Source: Eledone cirrhosa
Lineage: Eukaryota
Direction: 5' to 3'
DNA length: 64,000 nucleotides
Assembly (NCBI GenBank): GCA_964016885.1
Contig: OZ024746.1
Coordinates: 30,318,001 to 30,382,000, forward strand
The notes below the pieces were generated by a model. The model saw only the letters and a program-made list of their open reading frames with translations. It was not told the origin of the DNA and ran no database searches. Shown here in pieces: positions 1 to 12,099 of this stretch. The position numbers and the translations under genes are program-made. The stretch's first letter is position 1, and each line of letters opens with the position of its first letter.

Positions 1-399
1 CCATATTATGAGGTGACATAAAGTAGAATTGCATGTGCCGTAGACCAAAGCGTTAACTCCCAATGAGCTGAATTGGTGTGCCATATTTGATTCATGTTTT
101 CAAGCTAATACACATGACATTAGCTTACTATACCGACCATTCGATATTTATGTAAGATTTTGTAATGATATATTATGAAATAAAATAATACATTTAATCA
201 AATATATACATAATAGCGCTGGTGTCTAAATATTTATGTGAAATCATTTGATCTGTGTAGAAATACCGTTCACAGCTTCTAGTTTAATTTAGATTAAACC
301 AGACTCCAACTGGTTTTCTCACACCAACTATCTATCTTTCATTCTATCTATCTATTGATTTATCCGTCTATCCATTTATCTATGTTCTTCTCTCACCAC

Positions 400-484
<85 letters not shown>

Positions 485-524
485 TCTCTCTCCCTCTCTT
501 TCTTTCTTCCCCTATCTCTCTCTT

Positions 525-575
<51 letters not shown>

Positions 576-682
576 GTCGAACACCGGGAGGTTATATCTA
601 TAGTAAGTAGAGCACTCTGTCTATAAGACGAGTTCGGTATAAAGTTAGTTCCATTAATATATTGCGGAACCAACTCTACATA

Positions 683-734
<52 letters not shown>

Positions 735-817
735 CTGTTTCTACTTTTGGAAATAGGGCAGCAATTATTCAGTGCATTACTGGTACTTTATTTTATCGCA
801 AAACTAATTTATCGCCG

Positions 818-855
<38 letters not shown>

Positions 856-1091
856 CGGCGATGAATTAGTTTTGCGAGGTTTTTTATATGAAATCGTGTG
901 TCGAAACAAATATTGTTATACTTGGGGAGGGTCATATTTGTGTAATGATATTGCCAGAATTAATAACAGAACACACTCACTGTTTGGTTGGTTTTCGCTT
1001 CTGTGTCTTTTATATCGGTTAATTTAATTTATTCGGTCCTCAATGTTGCCATTGACTGACCAACGGTCAAAAATACAGATACAATATAGAC

Positions 1092-1175
<84 letters not shown>

Positions 1176-1907
1176 GTATATATATATATTAGATATTAAT
1201 TTAACAATGAAAATAATAACAACAAAGTCAAGTTATTTTACCTATTCATATCATTGTTTTACGATCGTTTCGGAGGGTTGATCATATTGACATACTGACT
1301 TATCTATAGCAGTTATATACTATCAGACTTCATATAGGTTCGATCAGAATCTTTATTGGTAGTATGGATTACTCACTATCGGATTACATTGAGTTATATC
1401 TACGGTTCAGACCCTACCACGAAGGGTAGACCATATTGAAAAAGAAAAAATATATATATATATGTTATTTACATGTCTGTCTACATATCTATCTACCTAT
1501 CTGTCTCACTGTCCCATATCTCCCTTTCTCTGAATCTCTTTCCTTCCCTCTTTCATTTTTATAGTTTTATTACTAATACAATTTGTGGAAGATGCAAATC
1601 GTATGCCGTAGTATACAAGTTAATGAAAGCGACGTGGAATTGAGTCTTTACGTAGGGTTTATTTCTTGTGGGTATGAGACAGTCCCATATACATGGCTAT
1701 CTTCCTATCTTTCAGGGCCTGGTGCCAATGTATAGGTTGAACTCTTTTAGGCTTTGAGTATGTAAAGAACTGTCTCTGAATCACGGGTCACCTGACTGGA
1801 AAATATAATTCGTTGTTAATATCGATTTTTTTAAATATATATATAAAAAAATTGATCAAATAGAAAAGAAATGTGATTATGTATATATCTGAATCATCTG
1901 AGTTATG

Positions 1908-2126
1908 TAAATGAGATATTAAAGCTACGGCTTCACTACCTTTAGTTAATATGGGTGGTCGCTAAATGAGATATTAAAGCTACGGCTTCACTACCTTTAG
2001 TTAATATGGGTGGTCGCTAAATGAGATATTACAGCTATTTCACTAATTTTAGTTAATATAGGTTGGCGCTAAATAAGGTATTACAGCTACGACTTCACTA
2101 TTTTTAGTTAATATAAGTGGTCGCTA
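1908..2126. repeat. ~55-bp minisatellite, 4 diverging copies
   Basis: Unit taaatgagatattaaagctacggcttcactacctttagttaatatgggtggtcgc repeated in tandem; later copies carry substitutions and a small deletion. Confidence 0.85.
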
Positions 2127-2427
2127 AGTTTAATGAAAACTTTCTCCAAATTATGGAAATTTCTGTGGACATTTCTGAAGCAAACAGAAAGAGAGAGACA
2201 TCAAAAATAAGGTGGAAGCTGCAGGGAGGGTTTCTAGATGGTTATTGCTTAAGAGAAGTGTCCGGTGAGGTCTGAAGTGTGTAAGACATTTGGTCACTAA
2301 CTGAGGCTTTATCAACCTCGGTCGGATTACCTGGATGAGGGTCACTATAATGTAAAATCTAATAAACTCTGACTGCAGGATACAGCACGGATGATGTGTT
2401 CTGTAGTCAGGTAACCTGAACGTGAAT

Positions 2428-5400
2428 GTATGTTGTAAAATCTAAAACAGCCAGTAACTGCAGGATACAACGGAGATTATGTGTTCTGTAGTCAGTTCAT
2501 CTGGATAAGGATGGATGTTGTAAAATCTAAAACAGCCAGTAACTGCAGGATACAACGGAGATTATGTGTTCTGTAGTCAGTTCATCTGGATAAGGATGTA
2601 TGTTGTAAAATCTAAAACAGCCAGTAACTGCAGGATACAACGGAGATTATGTTCTGTAGTCAGTTCATCTGGATAAGGATGGATGTTGTAAAATCTAAAA
2701 CAGCCAGTAACTGCAGGATACAACGGAGATTATGTGTTCTGTAGTCAGTTCATCTGGATAAGGATGTATGTTGTAAAATCTAAAACAGCCAGTAACTGCA
2801 GGATACAACGGAGATTATGTGTTCTGTAGTCAGTTCATCTGGATAAGGATGTATGTTGTAAAATCTAAAACAGCCAGTAACTGCAGGATACAACGGAGAT
2901 TATGTGTTCTGTAGTCAGTTCATCTGGATAAGGATGTATGTTGTAAAATCTAAAACAGCCAGTAACTGCAGGATACAACGGAGATTATGTGTTCTGTAGT
3001 CAGTTCATCTGGATAAGGATGTATGTTGTAAAATCTAAAACAGCCAGTAACTGCAGGATACAACGGAGATTATGTGTTCTGTAGTCAGTTCATCTGGATA
3101 AGGATGTATGTTGTAAAATCTAAAACAGCCAGTAACTGCAGGATACAACGGAGATTATGTGTTCTGTAGTCAATACATCTGGATAAGGATGTATGTTGTA
3201 AAATCTAAAACAGCCAGTAACTGCAGGATACAACGGAGATTATGTGTTCTGTAGTCAATACATCTGGATAAGGATGTATGTTGTAAAATCTAAAACAGCC
3301 AGTAACTGCAGGATACAACGGAGATTATGTGTTCTGTAGTCAGTTCATCTGGATAAGGATGTATGTTGTAAAATCTAAAACAGCCAGTAACTGCAGGATA
3401 CAACGGGGATTATGTGTTCTGTAGTCAGTTCATCTGGATAAGGATGTATGTTGTAAAATCTAAAACACCCAGTAACTGCAGGATACAACGGAGATTATGT
3501 GTTCTGTAGTCAATTCATCTGGATAAGGATGTATGTTGTAAAATCTAAAACACCCAGTAACTGCAGGATACAACGGAGATTATGTGTTCTGTAGTCAGTT
3601 CATCTGGATAAGGATGTATGTTGTAAAATCTAAAACAGCCAGTAACTGCAGGATACAACGGAGATTATGTGTTCTGTAGTCAGTTCATCTGGATAAGGAT
3701 GTATGTTGTAAAATCTAAAACAGCCAGTAACTGCAGGATACAACGGAGATTATGTGTTCTGTAGTCAGTTCATCTGGATAAGGATGTATGTTGTAAAATC
3801 TAAAACAGCCAGTAACTGCAGGATACAACGGAGATTATGTGTTCTGTAGTCAGTTCATCTGGATAAGGATGTATGTTGTAAAATCTAAAACAGCCAGTAA
3901 CTGCAGGATACAACGGAGATTATGTGTTCTGTAGTCAGTTCATCTGGATAAGGATGTATGTTGTAAAATCTAAAACAGCCAGTAACTGCAGGATACAACG
4001 GAGATTATGTGTTCTGTAGTCAGTTCATCTGGATAAGGATGTATGTTGTAAAATCTAAAACACCCAGTAACTGCAGGATACAACGGAGATTATGTGTTCT
4101 GTAGTCAATTCATCTGGATAAGGATGTATGTTGTAAAATCTAAAACACCCAGTAACTGCAGGATACAACGGAGATTATGTGTTCTGTAGTCAGTTCATCT
4201 GGATAAGGATGTATGTTGTAAAATCTAAAACAGCCAGTAACTGCAGGATACAACGGAGATTATGTGTTCTGTAGTCAGTTCATCTTGATAAGGATGTATG
4301 TTGTAAAATCTAAAACAGCCAGTAACTGCAGGATACAACGGAGATTATGTGTTCTGTAGTCAGTTCATCTGGATAAGGATGTATGTTGTAAAATCTAAAA
4401 CAGCCAGTAACTGCAGGATACAACGGAGATTATGTGTTCTGTAGTCAGTTCATCTGGATAAGGATGTATGTTGTAAAATCTAAAACACCCAGTAACTGCA
4501 GGATACAACGGAGATTATGTGTTCTGTAGTCAATTCATCTGGATAAGGATGTATGTTGTAAAATCTAAAACACCCAGTAACTGCAGGATACAACGGAGAT
4601 TATGTGTTCTGTAGTCAGTTCATCTGGATAAGGATGTATGTTGTAAAATCTAAAACAGCCAGTAACTGCAGGATACAACGGAGATTATGTGTTCTGTAGT
4701 CAGTTCATCTGGATAAGGATGTATGTTGTAAAATCTAAAACAGCCAGTAACTGCAGGATACAACGGAGATTATGTGTTCTGTAGTCAGTTCATCTGGATA
4801 AGGATGTATGTTGTAAAATCTAAAACAGCCAGTAACTGCAGGATACAACGGAGATTATGTGTTCTGTAGTCAGTTCATCTGGATAAGGATGTATGTTGTA
4901 AAATCTAAAACACCCAGTAACTGCAGGATACAACGGAGATTATGTGTTCTGTAGTCAGTTCATCTGGATAAGGATGTATGTTGTAAAATCTAAAACAGCC
5001 AGTAACTGCAGGATACAACGGAGATTATGTGTTCTGTAGTCAGTTCATCTGGATAAGGATGTATGTTGTAAAATCTAAAACACCCAGTAACTGCAGGATA
5101 CAACGGAGATTATGTGTTCTGTAGTCAGTTCATCTGGATAAGGATGTATGTTGTAAAATCTAAAACAGCCAGTAACTGCAGGATACAACGGAGATTATGT
5201 GTTCTGTAGTCAGTTCATCTGGATAAGGATGTATGTTGTAAAATCTAAAACAGCCAGTAACTGCAGGATACAACGGAGATTATGTGTTCTGTAGTCAGTT
5301 CATCTGGATAAGGATGTATGTTGTAAAATCTAAAACAGCCAGTAACTGCAGGATACAACGGAGATTATGTGTTCTGTAGTCAGTTCATCTGGATAAGGAT

Positions 5401-6972
5401 GTATGTTGTAAAATCTAAAACACCCAGTAACTGCAGGATACAACGGAGATTATGTGTTCTGTAGTCAGTTCATCTGGATAAGGATGTATGTTGTAAAATC
5501 TAAAACACCCAGTAACTGCAGGATACAACGGAGATTATGTGTTCTGTAGTCAGTTCATCTGGATAAGGATGTATGTTGTAAAATCTAAAACAGCCAGTAA
5601 CTGCAGGATACAACGGAGATTATGTGTTCTGTAGTCAGTTCATCTTGATAAGGATGTATGTTGTAAAATCTAAAACAGCCAGTAACTGCAGGATACAACG
5701 GAGATTATGTGTTCTGTAGTCAGTTCATCTGGATAAGGATGTATGTTGTAAAATCTAAAACAGCCAGTAACTGCAGGATACAACGGAGATTATGTGTTCT
5801 GTAGTCAGTTCATCTGGATAAGGATGTATGTTGTAAAATCTAAAACACCCAGTAACTGCAGGATACAACGGAGATTATGTGTTCTGTAGTCAATTCATCT
5901 GGATAAGGATGTATGTTGTAAAATCTAAAACACCCAGTAACTGCAGGATACAACGGAGATTATGTGTTCTGTAGTCAGTTCATCTGGATAAGGATGTATG
6001 TTGTAAAATCTAAAACAGCCAGTAACTGCAGGATACAACGGAGATTATGTGTTCTGTAGTCAGTTCATCTGGATAAGGATGTATGTTGTAAAATCTAAAA
6101 CAGCCAGTAACTGCAGGATACAACGGAGATTATGTGTTCTGTAGTCAGTTCATCTGGATAAGGATGTATGTTGTAAAATCTAAAACAGCCAGTAACTGCA
6201 GGATACAACGGAGATTATGTGTTCTGTAGTCAGTTCATCTGGATAAGGATGTATGTTGTAAAATCTAAAACAGCCAGTAACTGCAGGATACAACGGAGAT
6301 TATGTGTTCTGTAGTCAATTCATCTGGATAAGGATGTATGTTGTAAAATCTAAAACAGCCAGTAACTGCAGGATACAACGGAGATTATGTGTTCTGTAGT
6401 CAGTTCATCTGGATAAGGATGTATGTTGTAAAATCTAAAACAGCCAGTAACTGCAGGATACAACGGAGATTATGTGTTCTGTAGTCAGTTCATCTGGATA
6501 AGGATGTATGTTGTAAAATCTAAAACAGCCAGTAACTGCAGGATACAACGGAGATTATGTGTTCTGTAGTCAGTTCATCTGGATAAGGATGTATGTTGTA
6601 AAATCTAAAACAGCCAGTAACTGCAGGATACAACGGAGATTATGTGTTCTGTAGTCAATTCATCTGGATAAGGATGTATGTTGTAAAATCTAAAACAGCC
6701 AGTAACTGCAGGATACAACGGAGATTATGTGTTCTGTAGTCAGTTCATCTGGATAAGGATGTATGTTGTAAAATCTAAAACAGCCAGTAACTGCAGGATA
6801 CAACGGAGATTATGTGTTCTGTAGTCAGTTCATCTGGATAAGGATGTATGTTGTAAAATCTAAAACAGCCAGTAACTGCAGGATACAACGGAGATTATGT
6901 GTTCTGTAGTCAGTTCATCTGGATAAGGATGTATGTTGTAAAATCTAAAACAGCCAGTAACTGCAGGATACA
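2428..6972. repeat. 85-bp tandem satellite, 53 full units plus a partial unit, with diverged units on both flanks (~2350-2427 and ~6973-7145)
   Basis: Unit GTATGTTGTAAAATCTAAAACAGCCAGTAACTGCAGGATACAACGGAGATTATGTGTTCTGTAGTCAGTTCATCTGGATAAGGAT; period 85 (e.g. 2851, 2936); one PstI site per unit; few variants (cagcc/caccc, cagtt/caatt, ctgg/cttg). Confidence 0.97.
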
Positions 6973-7715
6973 AGACAGAAGATGTGTCTTGTGGTTGGAT
7001 AACATGTTTATAGGTGTATGTTGTAAGACATTGAACCCCCAGTAATTTCCCAGGATACAGCACCTAAGATGTGTCTTTAGTCAAGTGAACTGTATGAGGG
7101 TGTATGCTGTAATACCTGGAACCCGCAGTGACTCCAGGATACTTCTTATTTCGTAAAGATGAAGTTTTTTCAGTGGTTATCCAAGAATATCTGTAGGATA
7201 CGGAACTTTGATATACTTCTATTTGTTACAGGTATGATAGGACATAGGAAAAATATTCCGGCTAGTTCAACATCCGAGTATTAGCTACTTGAAAATGATT
7301 GAAGTAATTTTCGATGATGGAATTTTGAAATACTGAAAATAGATTGAAATATAACGGAATGCCAAACTCGAATTGAAATCAATAATTCTGGCTTCGGTCC
7401 AATCTAATTTAAGCAGCAGGAAAATAAATGAAAATTTATAAAGATATAATCTAAATGTAGTTTACTATGAATGGGTCTTTGCGGGGTACTATCACATGAA
7501 TATATTTATGGTATGTGGAGGACATTGAAGATGACTTCGGCAGCAGAAATCGGTTGAAATCAAATGTAGTATTTAGCTACTGTCATCTAGATTTTAAGTT
7601 CAAATAATCCTAGTCGTCTTACGAAATCTATAGTAAAACAGTAGAATTTAAAACAAGGAAAAAATAGTAATACTCTGCAACGTCATAAAGTGACACAGTA
7701 AATCATAAGACGTTG

Positions 7716-7764
7716 GTTATCTTTACGAGTTTCAGATATTATTTTCTCCTCATCAGAACATAAC
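7716..7764 (-). ncRNA. degenerate minimal type I hammerhead ribozyme motif
   Basis: Minus strand GUUAUGUU-CUGAUGA-(weak stem II)-GAAAC UC GUA-AAGAUAAC; stem I 7/8 paired. Confidence 0.45.
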
Positions 7765-8425
7765 TACACCTATGTTTCTACTTACAATGTTACTTATGTC
7801 GGGCGTGACTAAAAGGATCAATCTAATTAAAACTGAGTTGAGATAAATGTGACATGATCACAGCATAAATACACAAGGCATACATGGATATAAATTAGAT
7901 TTTATAACGTCAATTGCATATATATCTCTCTCAACATATAAATTATGCACATCCAAATAAATACATATCTAAAAAAAAGTTTCAAGTATATATAGGATTA
8001 TTCCAAGAATTGAAAAAAAAGAATGCTTTTTTTTCAAAAAAGCTCATATTTACAACTTTACTGATTTATAGGGATTTAAGAACCGGCTGGCATATTTATG
8101 ACTATTTACAAATATTAGTAAAATATATCATCTTAAATAAAATTAAGTGGTTATTCACAACTAATATATTTGCGAATGTTATCAAAATAAACTGCAGCCG
8201 CGCCATGCAATCGAGTATGACTTGGTAGTAAGTACCATGCTTTCACCGTCTCGATCCTCCCTCATTTATCTAGTGGAACAGCCAGGATGTGACAACCAGA
8301 AAGGGAGAGAAGTGGAGCTGAACTAGCACAGGGTTGGTACTTTATTGGCAGTAAAAGGATGAAAAGCAAAGTGAACTTCGGCGAGATTTGAACTCAGATC
8401 CCAGAGACCCAAAACAAATATCCAT

Positions 8426-8463
<38 letters not shown>

Positions 8464-8484
8464 GTAGATAAATCTACCAAGAGT

Positions 8485-8632
8485 ATTATTTCTGAAGACG
8501 GCATATATATGTGTTGGTATGTATATTTAATCTTGATAGTTTGTATAATTTTGTATAATTTTGTACATAGATCTGTTGAATATGCATGCCAATTCTAACA
8601 CATATATATCCTAGAAACGATCGTTAAATAAT
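8485..8632 (+). ncRNA. type I hammerhead motif with ~115-nt extended stem II
   Basis: AUUAUUU-CUGAAGA (8492)...GAAAC GAUC GUU (8614)-AAAUAAU; stem I 7 bp; palindromic stem III; the insert folds on itself (auauauauguguugg/cuaacacauauauau); base of stem II is mismatched. Confidence 0.6.
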
Positions 8633-9402
8633 GAACTTTTTTTGTTTAATATAAGGAACTGTTTCATTGTTTTATTCATTATTTTTTTAATATTTTATAT
8701 ATATATATATATATATAATTCATGTGTGTATGATTGTGTGTATGTATGTATGTATGTATGTATTTTCTTCTGGTTTTATAATTTTATAAATTATTACCAA
8801 TAGAAAGAGAGTGGAATTTAAACATCAGCTATGCAACCGCTCGTATTCTGAGTTCAAATCCTGACAAGACCGACTTTGCCTTTCATCCTACCAAGTTCTG
8901 CTGAAAATTCATAGGCTGACCAAGTTACTCTCATGAAATGACCAACTGATGTTTATCGTTCAAAATATTCCCAGAAAAAAAAACAATGCAGTTATAAATA
9001 AGAAGATTTGAAATTAATACATGCAAGATTTTACAGCTTCTTTTTACATGCTTACATTTACCTCTACCTAACATTTTCTATCAACCTAATTTTCTTCCCG
9101 AGGTTTTGGACAAGTTGAGACTGTTTTAGAAAGCATTGAAGGAGGGTGGGTATTGGTTGAAGGATCAAAACCGAAACTATGATTTTATGATATATCTAAT
9201 CCACGCAAAAAAACAACAGTTTCATCAATTCTTTCATCAATTAACTCTAATCATCCTGTAAATGATTTAGCAAAAATGTCTGAAAGTGGTTTTGTTAATT
9301 CAAATGGCAATAGTATTTTTACTTGTAGACAAATCATTGTGAAATTCTGAATAATTGGAGCAATAATTACTATTGAATGTAATGCAAACTATTATTACCA
9401 AA

Positions 9403-9940
9403 TTGGCAGTATCGGTAGAGCGTCGGAAAACATGCTTTATGGTATAGAGTTACGTCCCTTTACGTTCTGAGTTCAAATCCCACTGAGGTTAGCTTTGCCT
9501 TTCATCCTTATGGGGTCGATAAAATAAAGCACCAGTAATGCACTGGGGTCGATTTAATCGACTTTCCCCAAAATTGTTGGCCTTGTACCAAAATCAGAAA
9601 CCATTATTACCAGGCGGAGTTCAAATCCCGCCAAGGTTGACTTTGCCTTTCATCCTTACGGGGTCGATAAAATAAAGTACCAGTAATGTACTGGGTAATT
9701 GCTGGCCTTGTGCCAAAAAGTAGAAACAATTATTACCAGGCGGAGTGGCAGTATCAGTGGAGAGCCGGACGCCATGCTTTGCAGCATAGAGTTACGCCCT
9801 TTTACGGTATGAGTTCAAATCCAGCCGAGATTATCTTTGCCTTTCATCCCTACGGGGTCGATAAAATAAAGCACCAGTAATGCACTGAGATAATTGCTGG
9901 CCTTGTGCCAAAAGTAGAAACAAACGTAGAAACAATTATT
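9403..9940 (+). mobile_element. three head-to-tail tRNA-derived SINE copies (Meta-domain-like core)
   Basis: A box-like TGGCAGTATCGG, B box GAGTTCAAATCC, core actttgcctttcatcc-n-ggggtcgataaaataaag(t/c)accagt, tail ggccttgtgccaaaagtagaaacaattatt; copies at ~9403, 9613 (5'-deleted) and 9740. Confidence 0.8.
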
Positions 9941-10198
9941 ACCAACAAAATGTTTTGTGTACATATTTGTTAATTTGAAACATAATATTTAGAGTTTTAA
10001 TTCTTATAATGGATGGTTTGTTGGAGTTTTCTAATGTTTTAGAACGAGTTACTGCTGAATTTTCAGAGTTTAATAGAAATAAAATAGAAAAGGGAGGAGC
10101 GAAGATAATTATCTCCTTCAAACCATGTCTTCTCGGATTTTTTCTTATTTTCTATATTCTGTAGACGGTATGTTGAAATAATAATAAAATATTACCTC

Positions 10199-10334
10199 TA
10201 GCTTATTTAGAGGATTTCATCTGAAACAATTATGTATATAGATGTGTGTGTGCGTATATATATATATATATATATATACGCACACACACATCTATATACA
10301 TAATTGTTTCAGATGAAATCCTCTAAAAAAGCTA
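10199..10334. repeat. inverted repeat centred on a (TA)n tract
   Basis: tagcttatttagaggatttcatctgaaacaattatgtatatagatgtgtgtgtgcg-(TA)n-reverse complement; one mismatch. Confidence 0.9.
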
Positions 10335-10353
10335 TATATATATGTATATATTT

Positions 10354-10433
<80 letters not shown>

Positions 10434-10779
10434 TATATTCTTAATTATTTCATACTTTTGACTGACTAATTTTAACTTTTCCATTGTCTCTGCCTTACGG
10501 AAATTTCCGCATTTGTTAAATTACCTTACAAACTTCAACATTGCATGTCATTCACTTGTATACATGCCTATACATAGACACACAAATACAGACACACATA
10601 TGCAAACACATATGCATACACATACACATACTCACATTCACACAAATACAAATACATATATATATAAATATGTTTGTATGTATATACACACACACGCAAA
10701 TATGTGTGTGTGTATATATATATATATGTATGTATAATAAATAAATTATACGATTATCAAAGTTGTGTTCAAATCATTT

Positions 10780-10831
10780 AATAGCTGACAATCGTTTCTT
10801 CCAAACTCTCGTTTGGAATCATCGGAGCATT
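10780..10831 (-). ncRNA. hammerhead motif (CCGAUGA variant), inverted pLTR copy
   Basis: Reverse complement of 14456-14507. Confidence 0.72.
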
Positions 10832-12099
10832 ATCAATGTTTGCACATATAATTAACCTCCTATTCAACTGAACAATAATATAGATACATATAAATTGATG
10901 TTGTGAGCAACAGTTTCGTATTTACAGGGTGGAATGGATGTGATATATGTATTCAAGTTCAAATTCAAATCAAAATTAAAATTAAAATCAAAAGCACGGA
11001 GTGGAATACATGCAACAGTTAAAACAAGGGAATAGTCCAAATATTAAAGAGGCATTGAGGAGCAGTTTTGAGAAAGGAAGAGTGCGATAAAAATTCATAT
11101 GCAGACGTGTGGATAGTGTGACTGCATAATTTCATATACATGAGACGGAGACAACAAAGCTATTATGCATATATAGATGAATAAATACTGCAATTGAAGC
11201 AAATATGTTAATGTAGTAGAGTCTATGGTGGGTGTTGAATGTTGATGGTTTTCGAATTAATATGTGTTGAGAAACATACAGTTTTTGCAGACTTTTCCAT
11301 GACATATGTTGAATTAAATTTTAGTTAATGTTTATATTGAGTGTTTTAAGTTAGTTAGAGCAATGGATTGTAAATTAGTCTTAATGAATTCATATTCATA
11401 GACTATATTTGATCAACCGTTAAATTTTCAATCGTTAATTTCCGGAAGTAAATAAGGGGAGCTAATGCGTAAGGGGAGGTAACTAGCTAATTAAGTTCAA
11501 TTCAGTTATTAAAATTCTTTGTTCTAATACACAATATAATGGGATACCATTGGATCTCTGTTACATAACCCTGTACATTTATGCGTGATTTTAAATACAT
11601 TGTATTCTACTATCATACATTAAAGGTTTCTTTAGATTTTTATCTATTCATTACTGGACAAGGTTAATGTTATGAAGGATTATACAGCTGTTAATTTGTC
11701 ATAATAGATATGCTATATGTGTAATAATATAATCCCTAATATAGAATGCTATTACATTTTATATTTAATTATAAGTGTATATATACTTTATTATTATTAT
11801 GTTGTGTAATTTAAGCATTTAATTATACAATTACAAATGCACAGAGAGTTTATCATCACACATTACATTAAATGTCTCTACATACCAAGTGCCAAATATC
11901 CATTACTGTATAAGATATAATTAATCTATTGTAGTTATATTACAAGGTGGTAACTCTATGTCTAATTCTAACTGTTATTGCAGAGCATAAGGTTATAGAT
12001 GAATAGGAGTTGTGTAATAGAAAGAGTTGGTCGAGGGGTTTGTGGTTGTGGGTGCTGCTAAGTCCAAGGTGTATTAAATTTGTTATAGTCAATTCTTAC

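Noticed and set aside
1255-1275. Hammerhead 3' half (GAAACGAUCGUA on the minus strand)
   Set aside because: No matching CUGANGA half or stem I found.
2428-6972. CRISPR array or coding repeat
   Set aside because: Units are contiguous and near-identical with no unique spacers, there are no cas genes and the context is eukaryotic; the 85-bp period is not a multiple of 3 and no ORF spans the array.
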